Virus record (IMG/VR): IMGVR_UViG_3300042387_002331
Reading direction: 5' to 3' (one strand)
Length of the DNA: 64,000 nt
Source: a virus
The notes beneath the pieces are model-generated. The model made no database searches and was not told where the DNA came from. It saw only the letters and a program-made list of their open reading frames with translations. Positions 27,692 through 36,817 of the stretch are shown here, one piece after another. How positions within the stretch are numbered: position 1 is the stretch's first letter; every line of letters starts with the position of its first letter. A program made the position numbers and the translations under genes.

Positions 27692-27802
27692 CAAATCTTT
27701 TTAATTATACGACCTGTGAGCCCGAGTAATCGGGCTTTTGGGGGCGGAAGTAGGGTCGCACGAGCGGGTTCGTATATTGAGTGTATAATTAAAATAAATA
27801 AA

Positions 27803-28228
27803 ATGGGACGTTCAGAAAAACAAAGACAATCAGCAGCATATTGGAGAGATCAAGAGTACCGAATGGGTTTAACCCCTAAAGATAGATGGGAGGGTAATGA
27901 AGATGAGTACATTAAGCATCTATTAGGTCTCTCAGGTAATAGATGGAGAAATATAGATGGTAAGAAAGAGTTAGTTGAAATAAGAGGGTTTGAATTCGTA
28001 GATGATTGGTTTGCTGAGTATGATGATACAGATTCATATTCATATAACCATGCTAAGGGTAGAGATTATTTTGATTGGATGCTTACGGTTAGAGATAGAT
28101 ATAATAAGTTAAGACAATCCGGTAAGATCAAAGATGTAGATAAGGCTAAAGCCGAACGTGAAGAATATGAGTACTGGGTTAGATATTATGATAACCACCC
28201 TCAGTTTAGCCGCCCAGAGGGGTATTAG
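27803..28228 (+). CDS. hypothetical protein
   Basis: ATG at 27803 after promoter 27746; the upstream extension in the track overlaps RNA elements. Confidence 0.65.
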   Translation: MGRSEKQRQSAAYWRDQEYRMGLTPKDRWEGNEDEYIKHLLGLSGNRWRNIDGKKELVEIRGFEFVDDWFAEYDDTDSYSYNHAKGRDYFDWMLTVRDRYNKLRQSGKIKDVDKAKAEREEYEYWVRYYDNHPQFSRPEGY

Positions 28229-28284
28229 GAATACAGGTTGGGTAAATGGGTTCGTATATTGGGTGTATAAATAAATTGAGAAAC

Positions 28285-28542
28285 ATGATTAAAGTTGATT
28301 TTACAGTGAGTGATTTAAGTGGTAAAGTAATTAAGACATACGCCCTAAACCTAGAACCAAGCCAAATATTGATTGAGGTTGATAACGCTAGAGAGGTATG
28401 GGATGAGTACCATGTTAGAGCCAAGAGCGATAACCCAATTGCTCCATTTGAGGTGTTTAAGACCAAGACCTATAAGCAGGAAATGATGGAGCGCCAGTAC
28501 ATGCTTGACTTACATGATGAGGTATGTGACCAAGATTTTTAA
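28285..28542 (+). CDS. hypothetical protein
   Basis: ATG at 28285 after promoter 28228. Confidence 0.6.
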   Translation: MIKVDFTVSDLSGKVIKTYALNLEPSQILIEVDNAREVWDEYHVRAKSDNPIAPFEVFKTKTYKQEMMERQYMLDLHDEVCDQDF

Positions 28543-28625
28543 ATAAGCAACAATTTTATCTTTTAATTATACGCCCTATGAGCCCGAGCAATCGGGCTTT
28601 CGGGGTGCGTAAAACAGAGACACAT

Positions 28626-28796
28626 ATGACAACATCAACATTTATCCAATTAAACCAAACACGCATTCTAAACATTGATGGGTGCTTAACCGACCAAGCC
28701 AATGTGACCGTAAAGCGTGAAGACGGTAAGCTGGAGTTTTATTATTTTGAGAACGGTGAGCTGGTAGGTTCAAAGACCAAGGTACAAGGCTGGTAG
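28626..28796 (+). CDS. small hypothetical protein
   Basis: ATG at 28626. Confidence 0.5.
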   Translation: MTTSTFIQLNQTRILNIDGCLTDQANVTVKREDGKLEFYYFENGELVGSKTKVQGW

Positions 28797-28970
28797 GCCT
28801 GTACCGGTACGGCGGTATATATATGGTATGCATATAGTATTATGTACTGGGTACCACGTGCGCCGGGGTCAATATATGGCGGGGTGGTGAAGGACGTGGA
28901 CTTAGAGTAAATCTCTTCTCTTTAAAACCTTAACCCCATCGACCCAATATATAGCTATATACCCCCAAAT
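28795..28970. other. non-coding palindrome cluster at a G-rich to C-rich transition
   Basis: aggcct, gtaccggtac, tatgcata, ggtacc, cacgtg, tatatagctatata within about 170 bp. Confidence 0.55.
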
Positions 28971-29079
28971 GCAACCTAATTTTCCAAATCGGCCATTTTT
29001 GTAAAAGATAGTAAACATCAAATCCTTCTTTTTTAAAAAATCTTTGGCATCGACAAAATATATATGTATATTACAGACC

Positions 29080-29274
29080 ATGGCAAAATTTAGACTACCA
29101 AGAAAAACAAAAAAGAAAATAAGAAAAGGATTTTACTTTTACCCAAAGGATGAAAGGGGTTGTTATTTAGTAGCTTTTCCTAGAAAAGACCAAGAAGACT
29201 ATAACGCGTTTAAAAAAGGTATTTTATCAAACATGTTAGACGATCTTAAAAAAATATCCAAATTACTTGAATAA
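29080..29274 (+). CDS. small basic hypothetical protein
   Basis: MAKFRLPRKTKKK; ATG at 29080. Confidence 0.55.
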   Translation: MAKFRLPRKTKKKIRKGFYFYPKDERGCYLVAFPRKDQEDYNAFKKGILSNMLDDLKKISKLLE

Positions 29275-29392
29275 CCAATATTTATCACCATGAAAAATAT
29301 ATTGATGCTCCCAGTTCATTTCACAATTGGTTCTATTGCAATTATTATTTGTGGTATAATTAGTTTGTTCGAAGTAATACTTAATAAATAAA

Positions 29393-29749
29393 ATGGCAAC
29401 TTATACTCCCTCACAATTAAAAGGAACAGGCTCTATTGGTGAAAACATTTCATCAGGTGTTACAAAAACATTTACATTTGCTAACCCAAGTTCTTCTACT
29501 TACTTTGTTCTAGAAACAGTAAGAACTTCAAGTGGTTTCTATGATTCAAATTCACCACAAAACTTTTCAGGTTCATATACTATATCAAGTAGTTTAGAAC
29601 TAGGTACTCTAGTTTCTTCTTCCTATATTACTGGATTTGTAGTCCCAGGTAATTGTTCTTCATTTTTTACTTTTACCCCCGCTAATAATGTAACCGGAAC
29701 TACCTATTACATGTTAGGAGGAGGGGAATTTACCCTCACAATTTCTTAA
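29393..29749 (+). CDS. Ser/Thr-rich putative virion protein
   Basis: Beta-rich S/T/G composition like the structural genes downstream. Confidence 0.5.
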   Translation: MATYTPSQLKGTGSIGENISSGVTKTFTFANPSSSTYFVLETVRTSSGFYDSNSPQNFSGSYTISSSLELGTLVSSSYITGFVVPGNCSSFFTFTPANNVTGTTYYMLGGGEFTLTIS

Positions 29750-29979
29750 AAACTTTAAAAGATCCTTGGATCTTATATTTTTTATTCGTATACTAACAGT
29801 ATAAATAAATAAAAATAAAGGTTATGTTAAGTAAAGTAGAAAACAAAGGAATTAAAATTTCAGCAATCATTGCATTGTATGTAGCATTTAGTTTTACTGG
29901 GTTATTCGGATTAGCATTTTTAGCAGGGTGCATAATAGGAGACATTTTATCAGATGTTTTATTTTAAATAAATAAAAAA

Positions 29980-30222
29980 ATGGAAAACCAAAAGTATCAA
30001 CCAAGTAGAAAAGTTAGAACTGCAGACGGAACTATCATGTATATGTTTGATGGGAAACTTCACAATTGGGAAGGTCCGGCTTTAATTCCCGAAGGAAACA
30101 AACGTAAAAGAGAGTATTACCTCAACGGAATTAAAATGACGGAAGCACAATGGAAAGAAGCTTTAAAAAACAGAGAAGGACTTCCATGGTATAAAGGTGC
30201 AAACGCTCAAGCTCGGTTCTAG
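29980..30222 (+). CDS. hypothetical protein with KLH..GPA.I beta-repeat motif
   Basis: DGKLHNWEGPALI...EYYLNG. Confidence 0.65.
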   Translation: MENQKYQPSRKVRTADGTIMYMFDGKLHNWEGPALIPEGNKRKREYYLNGIKMTEAQWKEALKNREGLPWYKGANAQARF

Positions 30223-30674
30223 TGAAACGTTTAACACTTGAAGAGGCTAAAGGTTATGTTCCGTATTGTAGAACGCCTTTAGCCCCATCTCCCAAATATT
30301 TTTCAATCAAAAAAGATAGTGATGGTTGGGATGTTGTCGAATATTATACTGGACGTTTAAGACAAAGTATTGATGGTAAAAAAGGTGATCAATATGTTTA
30401 TGTATTAGTTAATCCTTCAATGCCTGAAATGTTAAAAATAGGTTATACAAAACATGATCCCGAAGAACGTGCTGTACAATTAAGTAAATCAACCGGCGTT
30501 CCTATGCCATTTGATGTTGTATATTCGTATAGTTGTTTTAATGGGGAGCGTATCGAAAAAGAAGTTCACAAGCTTTTAAAAGAGAAAAGAGTAAGAGGTG
30601 AAAGAGAATTTTTCTATGTTTCTTTAGATGAGGCTAAACAAGTTATAAGAAAAATTGGAGAACAGTTTGATTAA
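30222..30674 (+). CDS. T5orf172 / GIY-YIG-family protein
   Basis: YVYVLVNPSMPEMLKIGYT...ERAVQLS..TGVP...EKEVH...REFF. Confidence 0.85.
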   Translation: MKRLTLEEAKGYVPYCRTPLAPSPKYFSIKKDSDGWDVVEYYTGRLRQSIDGKKGDQYVYVLVNPSMPEMLKIGYTKHDPEERAVQLSKSTGVPMPFDVVYSYSCFNGERIEKEVHKLLKEKRVRGEREFFYVSLDEAKQVIRKIGEQFD

Positions 30675-30740
30675 ATATTTATGTTCGAAATCAACGATTT
30701 TACACGTAGATTTTAATTTAGAATAATATATACATATAGA

Positions 30741-31190
30741 ATGATGGCTTTAAGTGGAATATTTGCGCTTTTTGGGTTTCCTGAGGATTCTAAGAAAGAT
30801 AAAAAGTTAAAGGGAGAGTTATTAGCTTATAAAGAAACACCACACTTTAAGCTAGGGATGTTTTATAAGTTAATTATGAATGGAACTAGTTTTAAAAAAC
30901 AGGTTTTAGACTTTTTCTCTAAAACAGATGCTGAGTTAGATTTAAAAGGGATTGATGAAGCTGGAGAATTCATGATGTTTACTAGGGCCTATTTTTGGAT
31001 TGAGGGTTTTAAATTTAGAAGTAAAACCTGGAGAGGGGATTTAAAAAAATATTCAAATGAAGAATTTTTAGTTGCAGTAAAGCTTTCTATGAATTACTTT
31101 GAAAGTACAGAAGAATATGAAAAGTGTGCCCACTTAAAAAAGATTCAAGATCTAGTTAAAAAAAATCTTAAAGAATCCGTGACTACGTAA
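30741..31190 (+). CDS. hypothetical protein with C-terminal UVR-like motif
   Basis: YFESTEEYEKCAHLKKI. Confidence 0.6.
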   Translation: MMALSGIFALFGFPEDSKKDKKLKGELLAYKETPHFKLGMFYKLIMNGTSFKKQVLDFFSKTDAELDLKGIDEAGEFMMFTRAYFWIEGFKFRSKTWRGDLKKYSNEEFLVAVKLSMNYFESTEEYEKCAHLKKIQDLVKKNLKESVTT

Positions 31191-31276
31191 AAGAAAGTTA
31201 TTACCTTTAATTTATATTTTAATATTATTATTGAAATAAATAAATGTTATAAAAAAAATAAGTAAATAAAATAAAA

Positions 31277-31443
31277 TGAAAAATAAAGAATTAGTATTGA
31301 GACGCTTGGAGTCTATTGAAGGAAAATTAAAACGTTTAAGACTTGCTCTAAACGAACGAAATGTAGAAACAGCTCGTGAAATTTTAAGAGAACTTTTTGA
31401 ACTTCAAGAAGATACTCAAGCAATTGTAGAACGTGAAAATTAA
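31277..31443 (+). CDS. small coiled-coil protein (not in ORF track)
   Basis: MKNKELVLRRLESIEGKLKRLRLALNERNVE...; fills the gap before 31461. Confidence 0.5.
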
Positions 31444-31460
31444 TTAAATAAATAAAAGTT

Positions 31461-32255
31461 ATGAATCTTACTGCCGAACAAATCCAAGATAATTGGAATG
31501 AATTAATGCTTATTATTTCCAATGAAATATCTTCTCCACGTAGGGAAAAACTTCTAGAATTTTATGAGCAATATGCTGATCGTTTAATGTTAATGCCTGC
31601 TGCGCATAAAAAAGAATACCATAATGCTTTCCCAGGAGGATATGTAGAACATGTTTTACGCGTTATTCGATGCGCATTTAAACAGGCTCAATTATGGGAA
31701 GATGAAGGATGTGATATGTCTACTTTTACAATTGAAGAACTTGTATTCTCAGCCCTAAACCATGATTTAGGGAAAATGGGTGATGAAGTGGAAGATTCAT
31801 ATATTCCCCAGACTGATCAATGGAGAAAAGATAAATTAGGAGAAGATTATATGTTTAATACAAAAGTTCCATTTGCTTCAGTCCCAGATAGAGGTTTATT
31901 TTTACTTCAATCACATGGTATCCAGTATACATTTAACGAAATGTTAGCCATTCAAACCCATGATGGTTTATATGATAAGGCAAATGAGAAATACCTTATG
32001 GCCTATATGCCAGAACAAAAACCAAGGACCTCATTACCTTTTATCTTACACCAGGCAGATTTAATGGCAGCACGTATTGAATTTGAACGTGAATGGTTAC
32101 CTAAATTAAAAGAAGGTAAAAAATCCGTGGATACCGGAAAAGGAAATTTTACATTGGGGAATAAACCCAACATGTCTAAAAAGACATCAACCAAAACCAA
32201 AGCTTTAGGTTCGTTCAAAAGTGATGGTTTAAAAAATATGTTAGATAACTTATGA
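31461..32255 (+). CDS. HD-domain phosphohydrolase
   Basis: YHNAFPGGYVEH, LNHDLGK, THDG, LHQAD motifs. Confidence 0.85.
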   Translation: MNLTAEQIQDNWNELMLIISNEISSPRREKLLEFYEQYADRLMLMPAAHKKEYHNAFPGGYVEHVLRVIRCAFKQAQLWEDEGCDMSTFTIEELVFSALNHDLGKMGDEVEDSYIPQTDQWRKDKLGEDYMFNTKVPFASVPDRGLFLLQSHGIQYTFNEMLAIQTHDGLYDKANEKYLMAYMPEQKPRTSLPFILHQADLMAARIEFEREWLPKLKEGKKSVDTGKGNFTLGNKPNMSKKTSTKTKALGSFKSDGLKNMLDNL

Positions 32256-32539
32256 TAGCTTTAACAATTATTTGCTGTGTATTAGCAGTTTTAGTCGTGG
32301 TCCTAGGGTTCACGACTTTTAATCTTCTAAGAAAAAATGAAAAACAAGAAGATATTGTAGCCGGATATTTAGCTTATTTAGACCGTTTATCTCGTACAAT
32401 TGAGATTTCTGATAAGAAATTGAGAGAATTAGATCGAGGAGGTGTGTTTGAAAAAGATGATGAAGTTGGGGTTATATTTCAATCAATTTTAAAAATCCAA
32501 GAAATCCTAAATGAATTCAACCTCAGAAAATTCAGCTAA
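32252..32539 (+). CDS. membrane-anchored hypothetical protein
   Basis: N-terminal TM; FEKDDEVG motif. Confidence 0.65.
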   Translation: MIALTIICCVLAVLVVVLGFTTFNLLRKNEKQEDIVAGYLAYLDRLSRTIEISDKKLRELDRGGVFEKDDEVGVIFQSILKIQEILNEFNLRKFS

Positions 32540-32540
32540 A

Positions 32541-33248
32541 ATGGCTAAAAAACCAGTTAGTAAAAACTATTTTACTCAAGAGACTGAAAATGCTATTGTA
32601 TTATATAATAATACGATTGACCCAGTTTTAAAAAGTAAAATATATGAAGATAAAATCCATTATCCTTTTTTCAAGCTAACCCAGAACATAATTCATACGT
32701 TTAAATTTTATCATACTGAAGTAGAAAATTTAGAACATTTACAGCATGAAATAATTGTGTTTTTACTTTCTAAAATGCATCTTTTCAATCCCCAAAATGG
32801 AGCTAAAGCGTATTCATATTTTGGTACAATTGTAAAACGTTGGTGTATTTTATATAATGAAAAAAATTACAAAAGTAAGGTTAGTAAAGTATCAACTGAT
32901 GAATTGTTAAAAGATGATACCCATTCATATACTATAGAACCAACAAACACTAATGACCGTTTATCTCAATTTATGGATGAGTATGTTGAATTTGTAAGTT
33001 GTAATTTATATGAAATATTTCCCAAAGAATATGATGCAAAAATTGCAGATGCTGTTTTAGAACTATTTAGAAAACGAGACAGTATAGATGTATTTAATAA
33101 AAAAGCCCTTTACATTTACATCCACGAAATGATCCCAGACGCTAAAACTCCTAAAATTACAAAAATAGCTGGGGTTTTATATGATATATTTAAGAAAAAC
33201 TATTTATTTTATTTGGAACAAGGGTACATGGATTTCCAACTCTCGTAA
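32541..33248 (+). CDS. phage late sigma factor, T4 gp55-like
   Basis: KNYFTQETENAI..YN and FNPQNGAKAYSYFGTIVKR resemble gp55/sigma region 2; located before the structural module. Confidence 0.55.
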   Translation: MAKKPVSKNYFTQETENAIVLYNNTIDPVLKSKIYEDKIHYPFFKLTQNIIHTFKFYHTEVENLEHLQHEIIVFLLSKMHLFNPQNGAKAYSYFGTIVKRWCILYNEKNYKSKVSKVSTDELLKDDTHSYTIEPTNTNDRLSQFMDEYVEFVSCNLYEIFPKEYDAKIADAVLELFRKRDSIDVFNKKALYIYIHEMIPDAKTPKITKIAGVLYDIFKKNYLFYLEQGYMDFQLS

Positions 33249-33254
33249 TTGTTT

Positions 33255-33263
33255 ATATTTATA
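33255..33263 (+). promoter_or_regulatory. late promoter motif ATATKTATA (representative copy)
   Basis: Also at 607, 2821, 3455, 4264, 8395, 36051, 38667, 55391, 58668, 63121; mostly a short distance upstream of structural/late genes or tRNAs. Confidence 0.65.
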
Positions 33264-33276
33264 AAAAACAATACAT

Positions 33277-33615
33277 ATGAGCAATCTAGAATCAAACGTA
33301 TTTGGTAAGAAAAAATTTTCTGATATTTTAAAAGAAATTTACGAAAACCAAAAGAAAAAAGAGCAACAAATTACTGCTTTGATAGGTGAACTAAAACCAC
33401 TTATTAATGATATTGGTGATGCTACACTAATAGTTCCTTTAATTAAGGAATACATGGAATTAGGAATTAAAAATGATGAGCAGCTAATTAAAATGGCTAC
33501 TATTATCCAACGTGCTTTAGCTACTGGTAAATCGGAAGATGAAGGGTTTGGAATGACTGAAGATGAAAAAGCACAATTGCTATCTGAAGTTAAAAAATTT
33601 AATCCAAAAGACTAA
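33277..33615 (+). CDS. helical hypothetical protein heading the structural operon
   Basis: ORF after late motif. Confidence 0.7.
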   Translation: MSNLESNVFGKKKFSDILKEIYENQKKKEQQITALIGELKPLINDIGDATLIVPLIKEYMELGIKNDEQLIKMATIIQRALATGKSEDEGFGMTEDEKAQLLSEVKKFNPKD

Positions 33616-34895
33616 TGGGTGTTACATATAGAACAGGTGTTACTAATTCAACCCAAGGAATACCTTCTGTTTCTTCAACCCCAGACTTACAAAATCAAAT
33701 TAACGATTTAAAATCTCAATTAGTTGCAGCTAGAGTTATTGATATTGTTTTAGATGAAAACCATCCTAGATTTGCAGACGTAGGAGAATGGAATGGAATA
33801 GGAGCTATATTTTATGAATTTGTTAATCAATCAGGAACAAAAAATCCTACAAATTTTGCTTTACCTTACGATTCACAAATTAAAACATATCCATTAGTAA
33901 ATGAAATAGTATTATTATTTTCTTTACCTAATCAAAATCAAGGACAAAATACTTCAAGTCAATCATATTTTTATTTAAAACCTTTAGGTATTTGGAACCA
34001 TCCCCATCATGATGCTTACCCAGACCCTTCAGATTTTATTAGTGTTAAACAATCTAATGATTATAAAACGGTAGAAAACGGTTTAGTAAGACAAGTAACA
34101 GATAATTCAACAGGAATTAATTTAAATAGCCCTATTAATCCGTCTCAAAATACGTTTGTTGAAAAAACAGATATTCACCCTTTAATGCCTTATATGGGTG
34201 ATTCATTACTTGAAGGAAGACATGGGCAAAGTTTACGTTTTGGTAGTACTGCAAAATCAAAAAGTTCAATAGATAATAATTGGTCAACTGCGGGTACTAA
34301 TGGTGATCCTATTACTATAATAAGAAATGGACAACCTACTAACGTTAGTGATAAAGGATGGATCCCTATTGTAGAAGATATATCTCAAGATTTATCTTCA
34401 ATATACCTAACTTCTTATCAAAAAATTCCTTTTAGTATAGCAAATGAAAACTTTGTTTCTTATACTACTAAACCAACTTTACCTTCCCAATTCGCTAACC
34501 CTCAAATTATTCTAAATTCAAATAGAATTGTTTTAAATGCTAAAACAGATAGTATTTTAATTAGTGGACAAAATTCAGTTGGCATATCATCAAACAATAG
34601 TGTTAATATAGAATCTACAAATGAAATAGGTATTGCTAGTAAATTGGTTAAATTAGGTAGTGTAAATGCTAATCAAGCTGTTTTAAGAGGTGACGAAACC
34701 GTAGAATATTTAAAAATATTAATTACTGAATTGCAAAATTTATCTGAAGCTTTAAAAGCAGTTCAAGACTGGCCTGGAGGAGTAGCAGCACCAAACCCAT
34801 TACTTTTAACCACAGCTACTTCAGCTTTACAAGTTTTTGGAACAGTTTATAATGAAATAGATAGTGTTAAATCTAAAACAGTTAAAACAGTATGA
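33615..34895 (+). CDS. baseplate hub/spike protein (gp5/Vgr-like)
   Basis: OB-fold-like YPLVNEIV, EGRHGQSLRFGS, beta-helix-like IILNSNRIVLNAK, AVLRGD; position upstream of gp25/gp6. Confidence 0.6.
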   Translation: MGVTYRTGVTNSTQGIPSVSSTPDLQNQINDLKSQLVAARVIDIVLDENHPRFADVGEWNGIGAIFYEFVNQSGTKNPTNFALPYDSQIKTYPLVNEIVLLFSLPNQNQGQNTSSQSYFYLKPLGIWNHPHHDAYPDPSDFISVKQSNDYKTVENGLVRQVTDNSTGINLNSPINPSQNTFVEKTDIHPLMPYMGDSLLEGRHGQSLRFGSTAKSKSSIDNNWSTAGTNGDPITIIRNGQPTNVSDKGWIPIVEDISQDLSSIYLTSYQKIPFSIANENFVSYTTKPTLPSQFANPQIILNSNRIVLNAKTDSILISGQNSVGISSNNSVNIESTNEIGIASKLVKLGSVNANQAVLRGDETVEYLKILITELQNLSEALKAVQDWPGGVAAPNPLLLTTATSALQVFGTVYNEIDSVKSKTVKTV

Positions 34896-36046
34896 TGTAT
34901 TCTATAAAAGGAGTAGTTGTAAATGGGCAATCTTTAGATCCTATTAAGGGTGCTAAAGTATCTATTTCTCCTATTACATTTGTTTTTACTGATACTAATG
35001 GGAATTTTACAATTGACGGAAATATTCCTGAAAGTGGAAGTTTATCTATGACTGTAAATGCTCCTGGTTTTCAATTTACTGAACCTGCTTTGTATAAAGG
35101 GGATAATACTTTAAAAACCGATTTAGGTGTAATTCAACTACAACCTTTAATTCCTTCTTTAGCCCAAGAAAAACTTAGTTCATCTCAACTTAGTAGAGCA
35201 CAAATAGAAGAACTTTCTAAAGGGAATAAAGGAGCAGATTATTTTGCTCAAGAACGTTTATCTAATCAAATAGGTACTATTAAATCAACTTTAATTCCTT
35301 CTATATTAACTATGATAGCAGGTTTTGGAATAACCCAAGTATCCAACATTAACCCAGAACAATTTACAAAATATTTAGATCAAGCAAGTTGTCCTACTCA
35401 ACCTGAACTAACAGCTTTAATAAACCGAAAAAATAAATTAGTTAGACAATTAAATAATACTTTAAAATTAATAGACAATACTACTAAAGCATTAGGAGTA
35501 ACTGGAGGTATTATTGAAGGGTTAGATATAGCATTTAACATACTAAAAAATCTTCCAATCCCGACATCTACTGGTGTTCCTGGTGTACCTGGTCTCCCAA
35601 CTAATGTTGTGCTAGCCATTCAGGATAATAAAGACAGACTTGATAAACTCATAGGCAAATTAAGAAATATAAACACCAGTATATTATCTATTTTAGTTCT
35701 ATTAAGACAAGTACTTTTACAAGCTCTTCAACTGCTTAATTTACTTGATCAATTAGTTCAAAAATGTTATCCTGATGCTGAACAAGAAAGAGTTGCTATA
35801 GAACTCACAGCTTTAACAAACACCCAATCACAACAATTATCTCCTGTAGTTGTAGATGTAAATGGATTTACAATGGGGGTTGAAACTGAAGTAACAGATA
35901 AACCATTAAAACGTAGAAGAGCAACAGCAACAAATAAACAAGGTGTTGTATTGTTAAAAGGAGAATGGTCATTTAGCTCAATTGATCAGATATTAATTGA
36001 TGAACTTATATTCTATATTCAACAAAATAATTTAAAAGCCGATTAA
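34892..36046 (+). CDS. virion-associated protein: carboxypeptidase-regulatory-like N-domain plus helical region
   Basis: IKGVVVNGQSLDPIKGAKV...TDTNGNFTI. Confidence 0.55.
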   Translation: MMYSIKGVVVNGQSLDPIKGAKVSISPITFVFTDTNGNFTIDGNIPESGSLSMTVNAPGFQFTEPALYKGDNTLKTDLGVIQLQPLIPSLAQEKLSSSQLSRAQIEELSKGNKGADYFAQERLSNQIGTIKSTLIPSILTMIAGFGITQVSNINPEQFTKYLDQASCPTQPELTALINRKNKLVRQLNNTLKLIDNTTKALGVTGGIIEGLDIAFNILKNLPIPTSTGVPGVPGLPTNVVLAIQDNKDRLDKLIGKLRNINTSILSILVLLRQVLLQALQLLNLLDQLVQKCYPDAEQERVAIELTALTNTQSQQLSPVVVDVNGFTMGVETEVTDKPLKRRRATATNKQGVVLLKGEWSFSSIDQILIDELIFYIQQNNLKAD

Positions 36047-36064
36047 CCCTATATTTATAATCAT

Positions 36065-36412
36065 ATGAAAAGTACAGATTTTAAAAAATTAATTAAAGAA
36101 GCAGTACGAGAAGTAATTCAAGAAGAATTAAAAGAAATTCTTTTAGAAGCAGTTAGAACACCTAAAACAGTTGTTAGAGAATCAGTTACACCAAACACAA
36201 TTCCTTCTCAACCTAACAATCCAACCTTTACTCCACCTGTAATGGATACAAGAAAAGCATATATGGATGTTATGAATGAGACTGCTTTAAGTTTTACATC
36301 ACGTGATGCTCAAGTCCCATTTCGACCTCAAGTAAGTGACCCTATAAATGGTAATCTAGGTGCTGGTGAAGTAGGTATGGATCAAATTATGAATTTATTA
36401 AATAGTAAATAA
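36065..36412 (+). CDS. hypothetical protein with LIKE/ILLE leader
   Basis: MKSTDFKKLIKEAVREVIQEELKEILLE. Confidence 0.65.
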   Translation: MKSTDFKKLIKEAVREVIQEELKEILLEAVRTPKTVVRESVTPNTIPSQPNNPTFTPPVMDTRKAYMDVMNETALSFTSRDAQVPFRPQVSDPINGNLGAGEVGMDQIMNLLNSK

Positions 36413-36816
36413 TGCCATTTAATCCCCAACAGGTTAACCCACTTGATTTAAATCCAAACGTTGCTATTGGGGTGAACTTACCTTTTAATGGTCCATCTGT
36501 TTTTACTCCTAATTATCTGACCGCTCAAGCTGTTAAAAATAATTTAATAAACTATTTTTTAACTAACCCCGGAGAATACCCATTAAATCCTACTTTTGGT
36601 GGAGGTTTAAGAGCTTTTTTATTCGATCAGATTACAGAAGGAACCTTAATAGGTTTAGAATCCAAAATTTCTTCTAACATAGCTTCAGTATTCCCTAATA
36701 TTACTATTAATTCATTAGAAATCCTTCAAGATCCAGATAATAATACTTTGACAGTGCAATTAAAATATTCAATTGCCAATTCTAACGTAAACGATACTTT
36801 AACACTTCAACTTTAA
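36412..36816 (+). CDS. baseplate wedge / sheath initiator, gp25-like
   Basis: VKNNLINYFLTNPGEYPLNPTFGGGLRAFLFD. Confidence 0.85.
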   Translation: MPFNPQQVNPLDLNPNVAIGVNLPFNGPSVFTPNYLTAQAVKNNLINYFLTNPGEYPLNPTFGGGLRAFLFDQITEGTLIGLESKISSNIASVFPNITINSLEILQDPDNNTLTVQLKYSIANSNVNDTLTLQL

Positions 36817-36817
36817 G

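Larger units (their letters stand above)
9840..28260 (+). promoter_or_regulatory. array of 35 fixed-spacing early promoters GGA(ATA)-N-YGTATAT(T), GGA exactly 25 nt before the Y
   Basis: GGA at 9840, 10216, 10489, 11367, 12298, 13292, 15577, 16788, 17329, 17979, 18435, 19252, 20313, 20735, 21216, 21623, 21878, 22264, 22730, 22908, 23800, 24066, 24473, 24722, 24978, 25162, 25397, 25731, 26009, 26216, 26702, 26834, 27044, 27746, 28228; typically about 20-45 nt before an ATG. Confidence 0.85.
27695..28609 (+). repeat. duplicated ~52-bp hairpin element (27695-27746 and 28558-28609)
   Basis: atctttt(t)aattatacg.cct.tgAGCCCGA-GYAA-TCGGGCTtt.gggg in both copies. Confidence 0.75.

Noticed and set aside
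27477-27802. ORF 27477-27704 and the 5' extension of ORF 27641
   Set aside because: They overlap the structured RNA block and promoter; the real start is ATG 27803.
9840-28260. Integron attC array or CRISPR-like repeat
   Set aside because: Most copies lack dyad symmetry, there is no integrase in the window, and the two-box fixed spacing before ATGs fits promoters.
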